The translations under genes were made by a program, and so were the position numbers. This document shows, in pieces, positions 13,537-25,559 of a DNA stretch of 64,000 nucleotides. The DNA is taken from positions 16,368,001-16,432,000 of the forward strand of contig NC_086097.1 in assembly GCF_963921235.1 (NCBI RefSeq), given 5' to 3'. The notes beneath the pieces are model-generated. The model saw only the letters and a program-made list of their open reading frames with translations, was not told where the DNA came from and ran no database searches. Position 1 is the stretch's first letter. Each line of letters opens with the position of its first letter. Source of the stretch: Mobula hypostoma. Taxonomy: Eukaryota.

Positions 13537-15469
13537 TACTGTTGGAATCGGTGCTGTGTAATGGGGCAGGTTGGAGGAAGACCTATCCTTCGCTAATGCT
13601 TCGTGCAAGGCCAATTCTCTGGCTACAACTAGTGAACAAGACAATGTTGACTTAGAGATTGAACTCAAAGTAGGTTTTCACCAGTATCATCTGTGTACTG
13701 GAGGAAACTTGGTGATGTACAAGCGTTTGTAAATTGCACAGTTATCATTTGTCTTAGACACTACTTGCGCTCTGGAGGGAAGATTACTGGAGATAAAATT
13801 TAGCAGTGGAAAAAAATGTTGGGACTCTGACTGAGTTTGACTTTATACCAGACTCTGCTGAAAGTGGCCCTGTTACCAATGAGGATAGAGATGTTCTGGG
13901 AACCTCATTTTCAAGTAAACTGCTTAATTGTCCACTGCCACTGACAACTGGAGCTTAGATCTGGTCAATTTGCTATGAGATCACTTAGCGCCAACTATTG
14001 CATGCTGCTTTTGTGGAGTAAGCCTGCTATTTCTGAGCATAATTGTGATTAATATTTGAAGTGTAGTTTTTAGCTTGCATGCTGAGAGATACCTGCCCCT
14101 TTGAAAAGAACTGAAGAGTGCAAGTATTATATTCAGGAAGTTGTAGACTGTGAGACTATCACCCATAAATAAACTATTTTCAATTTGTGCATTCTTTTGG
14201 CTTGTCTAAAATGACATTCAGGGTAGGTTTAATTGGCACCACATCACAATAAAGCTGAGGAATTCACTGAGGATTTTTGTATATTGAACAGTACGCATTC
14301 GATAAACAGGGTATGTTAGCTGAGAATCAGATGAGCCTCAAGCATATATATTGAAATTAGTGGAAAATGCATTTTAAACAGCTGCGCATTTGGATGAGTT
14401 TTGAACGTGTGGGGTGTGGGTGGATAGGTTTGTAATCTTTTGTCTATCAAAGCAAAAGAAATGTAATTTCACATTCAAGGAAAACAACAAGGATTTCCTG
14501 TACCTAGCACACTTTACGTACAGTACATATAATCAGTCTATGTATATCAACTAATCTTATGTATTTATATTTATCATGTTTTTATGGTGTTCTTTATGCT
14601 TATTGTGTGTTTGATACCGCATCAGATCTGGAGTAGTAAGCGTTTTGTTCTCCTTTGCACTCGTGTACTGAAGAATGACAATAAACAATTTGACTCACTT
14701 ATGACGCTGGGTTGATGAGTGTCACTAAGTCAAACACAAGCGTCTTGTCCCTTCCCATTTTAATGGCATCAGGATCAATTTGGTAGAAGGTCGCACTTGG
14801 CAAACAAGACATTGACATTGAAGAGGAGTTAGAAAAGCTGTTGTAAAGTGGGTTGAAAATGAAATCTGCACGAGCGTGGCAATTCGAGGGGAATTAAACT
14901 CCTTTTTGTTTGTACTGTTGACCATAGCAAAGAATTCTGGGGCATAGCATTGTTTGTTTCCATTGCATTACATCATAAGCAGGTCCTGCAGAAAGTGCTG
15001 AGTGGAGCTTCCTCGACAAAAAGTGTGATTAGAGGGGCTCCCATCCATTGGCCAAGTATTACTCTCTTTCTGAGATAGAAGAATTCCGGAGTTCATCAGT
15101 TGAACACACACAGCCAGGGATTACATGGTCAAAAGGGAAACTGATTCTCTGCTGAACCAAGGACCACATGCTGATTAATCCTCTCCTGTCCTGTTTCCAA
15201 GCCTGCTTTCTTCTTTTACTATAGTTGTAACACTCTATCATGTGGCATGGCACCTAGAATTACAAAATTCTTATACTCTTATTTAAGACCATACGACATA
15301 GGAGCAGAATTAGGCCATTCACCCTTCGAGTTTGTTCCACCTTTCCATCATGGTAGATTTACTATTCCTCTCAACCCCACTTTCCTACCTTCTCCCTATA
15401 ACCGTTGTCAGCCTGTCTAATGAAGAACCTATCAACCTCCGCTTTATGTATACCCAGTGATACCCCTGG

Positions 15470-16160
15470 ACACCCCTGGCTGCATCACCATCTGGTACCT
15501 GGTTTGCAGAGGGGCGGGTGGGAACTACTGCACAGAGTCAGAGTGAGCTGCGGAGAGTTGTAAAATTAGTCAGCTCCATCATGGGCATTAACCTCCATAG
15601 TATCCAGGACATTTTCAAGGAGTGGTCCCTCAGAAAAGTGGTGTCCACCTTTAAGGACCCCCACCACCCAGAACATGCCCTCTTCTCATTGCTGCCGTCA
15701 GGAAGGAGATACAGAAGCCTGAAGGCACACACTCAACGATTCAGGAACATCTTCTATCCCTCTGCCATCAGATTTCTGAATAGACATTGAACCCATGAAC
15801 TTTACCTCACAAACAAGAGAAAATCTGCAGTTGCTGGAAATCCAAAGCAACACACACAAAATGCTGGAGGAACTCAGCAGGCCAGGCAGCATCTATGGAA
15901 AAGAGTACAAAAGTCAACTGTACTCTTTTCCTAGATGCTGCCTGGCCTGCTGAGTTCCTCCAGCATTTTGTGTGTAACACTACCTCACTACTTTTTTATT
16001 TCCTTTTTTTTTGCACTACTTACTTAATTTAACACTTACATACATATAAAAGTATATACAGTATACACACTGTATTTTTTTCTATATTATTATTTACTGC
16101 TGCTGCAAAGTTAACAAATTTCACAACGTATGCTGGTGACATTAAACCTGATTCTGACTT
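15470..16160 (+). mobile_element. Rex1/Babar-like LINE 3' fragment (related pieces near 16460-16780, 21205-21480, 27060-27655, 41810-42230, 47190-47580)
   Basis: KDPHHPEHALFSLLPSGRRYRSLKAHTQRFRNIFYPSAIRFLN and an attaaacctgattctga tail. Confidence 0.75.
15811..15975. repeat. Fold-back PLE-derived mini-element
   Basis: Near-perfect inverted arms centred on gtcaac. Flanks are aactttacctcac and aacactacctcac. Inserted in a Rex1/Babar-like tail. Confidence 0.85.
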
Positions 16161-17307
16161 GGCCTGTGTATTTATAATTGGCTTCGCCTGTGTAAACACA
16201 AGACCTCTTTTGCAAAATTTACCACCAAGTTCTAGAGCTAGAAGTCAGAGAAATTGAATTTCACCAGCAGAATTATTATACAGTTGTTCATTGTAAACAA
16301 CTGAGATGACAATTTCTATCAGCTGATTTTCATCTTGTGTAATGAATATAATGCTGTCTGTACAGGTACAGAATAATTCACAAGGAGCACACGGAACGGG
16401 AAAGCCACAACAGGAAGAAAGGTTGCAGATTGATGTAGGATTAGTGTATAAAATTCGAAGGAATTTTATTATTAAAGTATGTGTGTGTCACCAGAAACTA
16501 CCCTGAGACTCATTTTCTTGCAGGCATTCACAGTAGAATGAAGAAATGTAATGAGAAACAAATAATAATAAATAAATGATAGATAAATAAGTAAACGAAT
16601 AAATATTAAATACTGAGTTGTAGAATCCTTGAAAGTGAGTCCATAAGTTGTGGAATCAATTCAGTGTCGAGGTGAGTGAAGTTATCTACGCTGGTTCAGG
16701 AGCCTGATGGTTGAAGGGTAATAACTGTTCCTGACCCTGGTGATGTGGGACCTAAGGCTCCTGTACACCCTGCCTGTATTAGTGAAAACAGGTCCTTGAA
16801 GGTGTCCATGGACCCTGTGACTTGTAGGGCCAGTTTCTGTGCTGTATCTCTCCATGCCTCTGACTCTTAAGAAAAGTGAGGACTGAAGTGATGACCTGGT
16901 AGAATTCTTTAAGATTGGATATAGGCATGTTTCCATTGCAAGAGTGTTCAAAATCTTCATGTTGGCAATGACCACCAACATTCCAGTAAGAAATCCAGGA
17001 AGAAGAATGGGTATGACCTCAGTACAGACTTGTTAGCTTGAATGGTCTTGATATTTGTAGTTGCTGTAAATGCAAAATACATTCTCTAAGAAAATAACTT
17101 TCTTTTCAAACTATTCAGGTCTCCTGGTCTTCCTCTTCCTGACTTTGAAAGGATGTATCCGTAGTGCTTGAATCTGTGGCAATGCAGGAATACCTCAGTT
17201 CATCTCTCCTGTCCTTGAAGCCTGTACAAAGAAGCTTCAACTTGCAAGTCAGAACTCCCTTTAATCATTGTGTCCCTAGGCAAGGTGGAGAACCCTCAGC
17301 TTATGCA

Positions 17308-18924
17308 ATGAACCTCAACGTACCTGAACAGAATGCAAGCAATTCCAACAACGGCTACGTGGAGGGAAGTCAGACAAATCTGCTTCATGCGCACCTGAAA
17401 AGGAACACCTTTGAAGATCCAGTGTCATCCTACTCCAGCAGGGATATTATTTCGCAGTTTCTGGAGAAATCCTCCAAGAAGAAGAACTCAGCCGATCATG
17501 AGCTAATCTTCTCCGCAAAGAACCTGTCCCGCTCCACTGCTGACTCATTCCAAGAGGAGAGCAACAGTAACTTCTCCAAAGACGGCGGGCAGGACCCTGG
17601 CTTGTCTTTCGCTCAGCATCCCTCAACAAACCCAGGTGAAGGGGATCGATTGTTTAACGAACATTTGCAAGCAAAGAGGGCGAGAGTGGAGAACATCATC
17701 CGCGGAATGAACAGTTCTCCGACTGACAGCCTTCACCACAGTGAGCTCGAGAGGGAGGGGGGTCAAAGGCGAGGAAGCCTGAACCTGTGCAAGGAGAACA
17801 AGCGGAAGCAGAGGCTCCCACAGCAGCAACAGCAGGAGCAGAATCCCGGGAAGAGCCCTGGTCTAGTTTCGTCCCTCAAGCAGCTTAGGAGAGAGGAGTG
17901 CCATAGGCTGAAGCAGCAGCTTCAGGAAATGCAGGGCAGGCTTCATGAACTTCAGGAAAAGTTTTTCCAGGTATACGATACAAGTGAATCCGAGCACGAG
18001 GACCAAGAGGACGCATCTGACTCCTGTTTCCATTTGGCTAGTACTGAGTACGGAGAAAATACCATGGAAAAGTATCACAGTGACCTTCCAGACATGGACC
18101 AGAGTCCCTGTATTGACCACATTCAGACAATTGGCCATGAGAAAGAAATGACACCCGGAAAGGAAGCAAGTAAGCATCATGATGCGGGCAAAAAATTCAA
18201 CCGTTGTAATAGTTATGGTTTCTCTTCAGTGGAGAGTGGATATCTCGCAGAATCTCTGAAATATGAGCTGACCAATGCAGTGGCTCACATCGTAGACTCG
18301 GCCGTACAGTTGTTCTCTGTAACACCTTCCCCCACTTCTTCTCAGTCATTTCAAAGTTTGCCGGCCTCCAGGTCCAAGAGCACCCCACAAAATGGTAATA
18401 CAACCCTGAGGATGCCGAGTCATGACTTCCAGTGTTCCTCAGACCCAGTGACGATGCATCAGTACTTTGACAACTGTCAAAACCCTTGTACAATCCAAGC
18501 TCATGATCAGACGGAAGCAATACCACTGGTGGTGAGAAAGTCACCCCAAAACCAGTCTAATCTTGTTGGTCCAATTATTAAACAGGGCTGTCAAATGCCG
18601 CATAACAAACCACCATTAACATTGGTTCTGGACTCCCAGATGTCTCTGACTGAATTGCCTGACCCCATTTTGAGATACAACATGCAGAATTACATAGGAC
18701 ATACCTTCGCTGTAACTACAAAAGACAATGTTGCTTCTAAGCCAACGTGCCTTTCATGGGACACTGTCAAACTGAGGTCAAAGGTTACCTCGCACCACAC
18801 AGCCCACCAGTTGTATCCAGGTTTCCGGCAAAAACCACCACAGAATCTCAATCTTTCTCACATCAAGTCCGAATGTGGGGAGCCGCGATCCATGGTGGAC
18901 ATCACTCCATACTCATCGGCAAAC
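17308..18924 (+). CDS. PROX2: Prospero homeobox protein (PROX2-like), first large coding exon
   Basis: Part of the 595-aa ORF 17164-18951. Carries PROX-family motifs EHLQAKRARVENIIRGM, KENKRKQRLPQQQQ, a coiled coil LKQQLQEMQGRLHELQEKFFQVYD, LAESLKYEL, QTEAIPLVVRK and HIKSECG. It lacks the PROX1 N-terminus (MPDHDS...), hence PROX2-like. Start taken as ATG 17308 (MNLN...); an in-frame ATG also lies at 17182. Ends in phase 0 at AAC|GTATCCTTT. Candidate upstream acceptor ttttcaaactattcag ends at 17118. Family call is secure; paralog identity is less so. Confidence 0.88.
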
Positions 18925-19034
18925 GTATCCTTTCCAAATGTCGTCTTGTGAAGTTACAGAACGTTAGAAAAATCTTGCATGTGTTAGAACATGGTTGGAA
19001 TTTCACTCCATGCATGCAAACTTCACCACCATCA

Positions 19035-19685
19035 CAGGTAGATAGGGACGTAAAGAGAGTTTGATACATTAGCCTGCATGAATCAGGGCGCTGAGTACAG
19101 GAGTTAGGATGTTATGCTTATGTTGTACAAGACATTAGTGAGGCTGAATTTAGATTATTGTGTGCTATTCAGTCACTTACTCACAGCAAAGTTATCAGTA
19201 AGCTTGAAAGGGTGCAGAGAACATACACAGGGATGTTTTCAGAACTTGAGGACTTGAGTTACAGGGAAAGGTTGAATAAATTTGCATTTTAATCCCTGGA
19301 ATGCAGGAGGACACAGGGAGATCTTATAGAAATATACAAAATGATGTGGGGTACAAATAGGGTAAATATAAGCAAGCATTTTTCCTCTCAAGCTGGGTGA
19401 GACTAGAACTAGAGGTCAGAGGTTTACGGTGAGAGATGAAATATTTGAGGGGAATCTGAGGGGAAATCTTCACTCAGAGAATTGTGCAAGTGTGAAACAA
19501 GCCTCCAGCAGATGTGGTAGAAATGTGTTCAGTTGTAACACTTAAGAGGGGTTTGGACAGGTACGAGGATGGGTGGGGTTTGGAGCGATATGGAGATATG
19601 GTCCAGGTGCAGTAAAATGAGACTAGGCATAAATATGGGTCAGCATGGAGTAGATGGGCTGAAGTGCTGTAGTACTCTATGACTC
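19035..19685 (+). mobile_element. CR1 3' fragment just inside the U12 intron
   Basis: Decayed ORF2 C-terminus and a tactctatgactc tail, similar to other CR1 copies here. Confidence 0.75.
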
Positions 19686-20149
19686 CCTCGTGATTACTTC
19701 TTACGGTGTCAAGGAATCCCATTTCCTTTTCCTCTGGCTTCCCATCTTCTCAGAATGATTTTGATACTTCAGCAATACTGAAGCAATACTGTTGCCTCAC
19801 AAACTCCAACCAAGTGCATTAGTTTTGCTGAAATTAATTTCAATTACATTATTTATAACTGTGGTAATCAGTACACCAACCTAATAAATTCATTCTTGGG
19901 TATTAGACCTAGATGACGTGACTGGGCCAATGGTGCAGAACCCAGGTCAAACTACACGACTAATAAAATAAAAATAAGAGCAGCTATTTTTACGCAGCAT
20001 CTTGCACTGAAGCTTCAGATAATGCTTTGGCCACAAAATGAATCATACCACTGCAAGCATTTATAAATTCTGAGGAGCTCTAACCGATAACACTTATATG
20101 ATGTCAGATAAGCAGATATTGGGGTAAAGGGACTGAGGCACTGTGGTTA

Positions 20150-20787
20150 TCTTATAACCATATAGCAATTACAGCACGGAAACAGGCCATCTCGGCCCTT
20201 CTAGTTCATGCTGAACTCTTACTCTCACCTAGTCCCACCGACCTGCACTCAGCCCATAACCCTCCATTCCTTTCCTGTCCATATATCTATCCAATTTAGC
20301 TTTAAATGACAACATCGAACCTGTCTCAACCACTTCTGCTGGAAGCTTGTTCCACACAGCTACTACTGTCTGAGTAAAGAAGTTCCCCCTCATGTTACCC
20401 GTAAACTTTTGCCCTTTAACTCTCAACTCATGTCCTCTTGTTTGAATCTCCCCCATTCTCAATGGAAAAAGCCTATCCACATCAACTCTATCTATCCCCC
20501 TCATAATTTTAAATATCTCTATTAAGTCCCCCCTCAACCTTCTACGCTCCAAAGAATAAAGACCTAACTTGTTCAACCTTTCTCTGTAACTTAGGAGATG
20601 AAACCCAGGCAACATTTTAGTAAACCTCCTCTGTACTCTCTCAATTTTATTGACATCCTTCCTATAATTCGGTGACCAGAACTGTACACAATACTCCAAA
20701 TTTGGCCTTACCAATACCTTATACAATTTCAACATTACATCCCAAATCCTATACTCAATGCTCTGATTTATAAAGGTCAGCATACCA
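20150..20787 (-). mobile_element. CR1 3' fragment with an uninterrupted 184-aa ORF2 C-terminus
   Basis: ORF 20229-20783(-) includes LVRPNLEYCVQFWSPNYRKD. Confidence 0.9.
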
Positions 20788-22269
20788 TCTTACCTTGTGA
20801 ATAAGCCAGATGGCTAGACACTTGCTTCTAATGACTGAGTTTAAAAAGAATATTTTGATAAATGTTACAACTGAATATTTTATATAGGAAAGAAGCCACG
20901 GCCTTTTATAGATTGGGATAGGCCTGACACAAAATGACTATTTGATTAAGACAGTACTACTCGAGCAAAATGCTGTCCCAGCTTCAATTTGAATGACCAC
21001 AGGTAGCAATTGTCCCAGTGACCTTAAACCTCATCAGAAACTTTCCGCTAGCCCTCCCTTGCCTGTCCTGCCTCCTAACCGTGGCTCCTTCTGAACTTGA
21101 GCTCTTAACAAGCTTCGAAGTTGATATCTCCATCTTACATGTCTGACCCCCTTCTCCCAACCGCTTTTGCAGAATCAATCAGCCACACTTAACTAGCGAT
21201 GGTCAAACTTCAAAGTATCTATATCTTACCATATACAAGATTCACTTTCTTGCAGTCATTCGCAGTAGAACCAAGAAATACAACAGAATCAATGAAAAAC
21301 TACACAGAGGTAAAGACTGACAAACAAAAGAAGACAAGTTATGAAATTATGAAAAGGAACAAATAGTAATAAATAAATAATGCTAGGAACATGAGTTACA
21401 TGGTCCATGAAAGTGAGTCCATAGTTTGTACATGATGTCAGAGTTGAGGTGAATGAAGTTGTCCACACTGGTTCAGGCTAATTCTGATCTGAAATAAGAT
21501 GGTGGTTGCTTGGTCAGTCAGTGGTGAGAATATTGAAAAAAGGCAGCACAAGAAGATGGGTGGAATAGAGGCACAGTCAGAAAGGACAAAAGCAGCGGCA
21601 ACAGGAGTGGATGGGACTTGCTACCCACCTTGCCTCAGTCCAAGGTCGCTTATCTTTGAGTGAGTGCTACGTCTGTTCCAGTGTGAGTTCGATTACTTGG
21701 CAGAACCAGTGCTGGTAGCCGTCATCTACCTCAGGAATGTAGCCAGGATGCACTGCGTGGACTTGCTCCTACTTGTCACTGCTTGGCATTATTGCCAGTA
21801 GAGCTCAAGGAACTTAAAAATAAAATTTCCCTAAAATAAGGTGGTACTTACGACAGCTAACAATCTGGAACTGATTCAGTCCCAGCCCGCAATACTCTCA
21901 GTGCTGAGGGCTTGTCTATAGTGAAATCATCATTTGGGTTGGACCAGAACACGTTCCACACACACCGGAGAGTTATGCCATACTCCTCAGTTATTTTATA
22001 TGGTACATGACTGACATTTTCCAGTTTGAGAAGGAGCTCACCTCTAAAGAAATGGAGATGTGAAGGGTCTCAGTAGCCACCACTGAAATGACTCTTGAAT
22101 ATTCAATGATAACTGTCCATCTATCCCTTTGCACGGCGGGGTGGGGGGGGGTGCTGGAATATTCCTGGGACTACCCTCTGCATTATGTTGCTACAATCAG
22201 CAACCTAGTGTAAGAAGGTGGTTGATGTGCACCAAGTGAGAACACAAGAAACAGACATTAAGTTAGACC

Positions 22270-22445
22270 ATTTCGCCCCAATGAGCAACACCTCATATTC
22301 CGTCTGGCTCGACTCCAACCTAATGGCATGAACATAGATTTCTCTATCTTCTGGTAATTTCTCTCCTCTACTTCTCTCTTTTCCCATTTCCCATTCTAGC
22401 TCCCTTCTTACCTTTCTCTTCTCCTCTCCTGCCTCTCACCTCCCT
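22270..22445 (+). mobile_element. Penelope-like short fragment
   Basis: gagcaacacctcatattccgtctgg...ctccaacctaatggcatgaacatagatttc matches the end of the PLE ORF. Confidence 0.6.
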
Positions 22446-23494
22446 CGAGGTAGAGATTTATACACTTTAGGATATTAAGGGATTCAAGGGTAGTGCAGGA
22501 GAGTGTCATTGAGGTATAGCTTCAATGGCAATCTGATGGAACGATGAGCTGGCATTGAGGACTAACTGGTCTAATTCTGCTTATGTTTCTTGCATTCTCC
22601 CTGGGGGAGTGGCGTGTATGAAGACTTACCCTTTTCAGCATTCCTGGAAAATAGGAAGCTGTTTATTTCAGTCCATAAAGCCATAAGGTATAGGAGCAGA
22701 ATTAGGCCATTTGGCCCATCGAGTCTGCTCTGCTATTTCATTATGGCCGATCCATTTTCCCTCTCAGTTTCAATCTCCTGTCTTCTCCCCGTATCCTTTC
22801 ATGCCTCAACCAACCAAGAATCTATCAAACTCTGCCTTAAATATACCCAATGACTTGGCTTTCACAGTGACTTGTGCTTCTATTATTAAAATGATCATAA
22901 ATGGGAGGAGGTATGGAACATGGCTACTATGTGAAAGTTAGTGCTGTCTGATCTCTAACTCTTTTCCTTGCCTTTTGTATCGACAAAAGAGGCATTTTTC
23001 CTAAATTGGCATCCTTTAAGAATGCTTTGGAGGGTAAATCTTTCAGTTACTTGTTTACAAATGCCAATTTAATGAGGCAAATTCCATTGCAGATGCCTGG
23101 CCACATTTCTGGATCCAGTGTTCATGTCAAAAAATACGAGGCACTATTTATTTGGTGTCACAGGTACATCAGGTGAAAAGGGGCAGGAGAGGCGGAAATG
23201 AAGAAACCCCCTGCAGGGATGGGTGGAGCACAGCGGGCAGTTACATTTTAGTCTAGTGCTTAGGTGAAATTTAGTACTTTATACTTTATTGTTGCCAAAC
23301 AATTGATACTAGAACGTACAATCATCATAGCGATATTTGATTCTTCCTGCTCCCTGGATTACAAATTGATAGAAAATATTAAAAATTTAAATTATAAATC
23401 ATAAATAGAAAATAGCAAAATGGAAAGTAAGGTAGTGCAAAAAAAAACCCGAGATGCAGGTCTGGATATTCCACAAGCTTATTCCACTGGGAAA

Positions 23495-24500
23495 TAGTCA
23501 TAGTCATAGTCATAGTCATACTTTATTGATCCCGGGGGAAATTGGTTTTCGTTACAGTTGCACCATAAATAATGAAATAGTAATAAAACCATAAATAGTT
23601 AAATAGTAATATGTAGATTATGCCAGGAAATAAGTCCAGGACCAGCCTATTGGATCAGGGTGTCTGACCCTCCAAGGGAGGAGTTGTAAAGTTTGATGGC
23701 CACAGGCAGGAATGACTTCCTATGATGCTCTGTGTTGCATCTCGGTGGAATGAGTCTCTGGCTGAATGTACTCCTATGCCCACCCAGTACATTATGTAGT
23801 GGATGGGAGACATTGTCCAAGATGGCATGCAACTTGGACAACATCTTCTTTTCAGACACCACCATCAGAGAGTCCAGTTCCATCCCCACAACAACACTGG
23901 CCTTACGAATGAGATTGTCGATCCTGTTGGTGTCTGCTACTCTCAGCCTGCTGCCCCAGCACACAACAGCAAACATGATAGCACTGGCCACCACAGACTC
24001 GTAGAACATCCTCAGCATTGTCCGACAGATAGACAATAGACAATATACAACAGACAATAGGTGCAGAAGTAGACCATTCGGCCCTTTGAGCCTGCACCGC
24101 CATTCTGAGATCATGGCTGATCATCTACTATCAATACCTGGTTCCTGCCTTGTCCCCATGACCCTGGATTCCCCTATCCATAAGATACCTATCTAGCTCC
24201 TTCTTGAAAGTATCCAGAGAATTGGCCTCCACTGCCTTCTGAGGCAGCGCGTTTCACACCTCCACAACTCTCTGGGAGAAGAAGTTCCTCCTCAACTCTG
24301 TCCTAAATGACCTACCCCTTATTCTTAAACCATGCCCTCTGGTACTGGACTCTCTCAGCATCTGGAACATATTTCCTGCCTCTATCTTGTCCAATCCCTT
24401 AATAATCTTGAAGGACCTCAGTCTCCTCAGGAAATAGAGACGGCTCTGACCCTTCTTGTAGACAGCCTCAGTGTTCTTTGACCAGTCCAGTTGTCCAGAC
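23495..24500 (-). mobile_element. Rex1/Babar-like LINE 3' fragment with a CR1 piece inside (~24030-24410)
   Basis: MLRMFYESVVASAIMFAVVCWG...RKSFLPVAIKLYN and a (catagt)n tail at 23495-23521. Confidence 0.8.
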
Positions 24501-25559
24501 CAGACAAGGTTTCATCTGGAAACATTGATAATTCATTTCCATCCACAGAGGCTGCTCGACCTTCAGAGTTTCTCCAGCGCCTCAGAGGCAGCTTGCTGAT
24601 TATGGGAACAGGTTCAGACTTTTCAGATAGTCAGTAATTTCCTGTCCGGAGACCTCAGCTAATTGAAAACATCACAGCAGATTCAGCCAATTCAATGACA
24701 TCCTCTACTGCCTGGACAACAGTTCTGCATGCAAGAAACATGCCCTTTGGATATACTTTCCATCCACCTTGATACTCCTGCGCCCTGGTATGTACCCATC
24801 CCAAGTCCTTGGAGAAGAAAACAAAAGCAATAATATATTTGAGAGGAAAAGAACAGCAACTTTAAACAGAAATCCATTAAGTGAATTGTATTCTGAAACT
24901 GAATTGCAAAGTCTTTTGTTTTCTTGTTTGCTTAATATGTAAATAGACATCATTTCATTAAAGTGGATTAGGCATCTGTAAATGAATGGAGTGTATTGCT
25001 ATATAAAAGAAGGTTCTCTGGTACTCACAAGGAGATGTGAGTGGCTGTGAGCCTTTCATTGCTACTTGGTACTCCAGGCCCACTATTGTTCCAGCCAGTT
25101 TCTGATGCTAATGCAGGCAACATCCGCTCCTTCCCAGCTGCCAATATCCCCTTACATGCTCAATCACAGAGGAGCAATGAAAAATATACAAGGTTATATT
25201 TTTCTTCATTTAACAGGCAAACACACCTCTCAAATTATAATTTCAATCAAGGTTTACAGCATCACAGAAAGGGTCAAAAATCTTAAGTGGGTTACACAAA
25301 CAAAATGCTGGAGGAACTCAGCAAGTCAGGCTGCATCTGCAGAGGGTCCAGTCCTGTAGAAGGGCCTTGGCCCAAAACGTCGAAGTTCAAAGCAAATTTA
25401 TTAGCGAAGTATGTATATGTCACCATGTACTCCCCTGAGATTCGTTTTCTTGCAGCCATTTATAGGAAAACTAAGAAACACAATACCAGGGGTGATTGAT
25501 AAGTTTGTGGCCTAAGGTAGAAGGAGTCAATTTTAGAAAACCTAGCACATTTATTTTTC

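Noticed and set aside
18190..18210. KKFNRC in exon 1 resembling VKFNRC of the homeodomain
   Set aside because: A five-residue match with no flanking similarity, most likely chance.
17164..18951. 595-aa ORF as a complete single-exon gene
   Set aside because: It starts at a GTG and runs past a U12 donor at 18925. The homeodomain is encoded by downstream exons.
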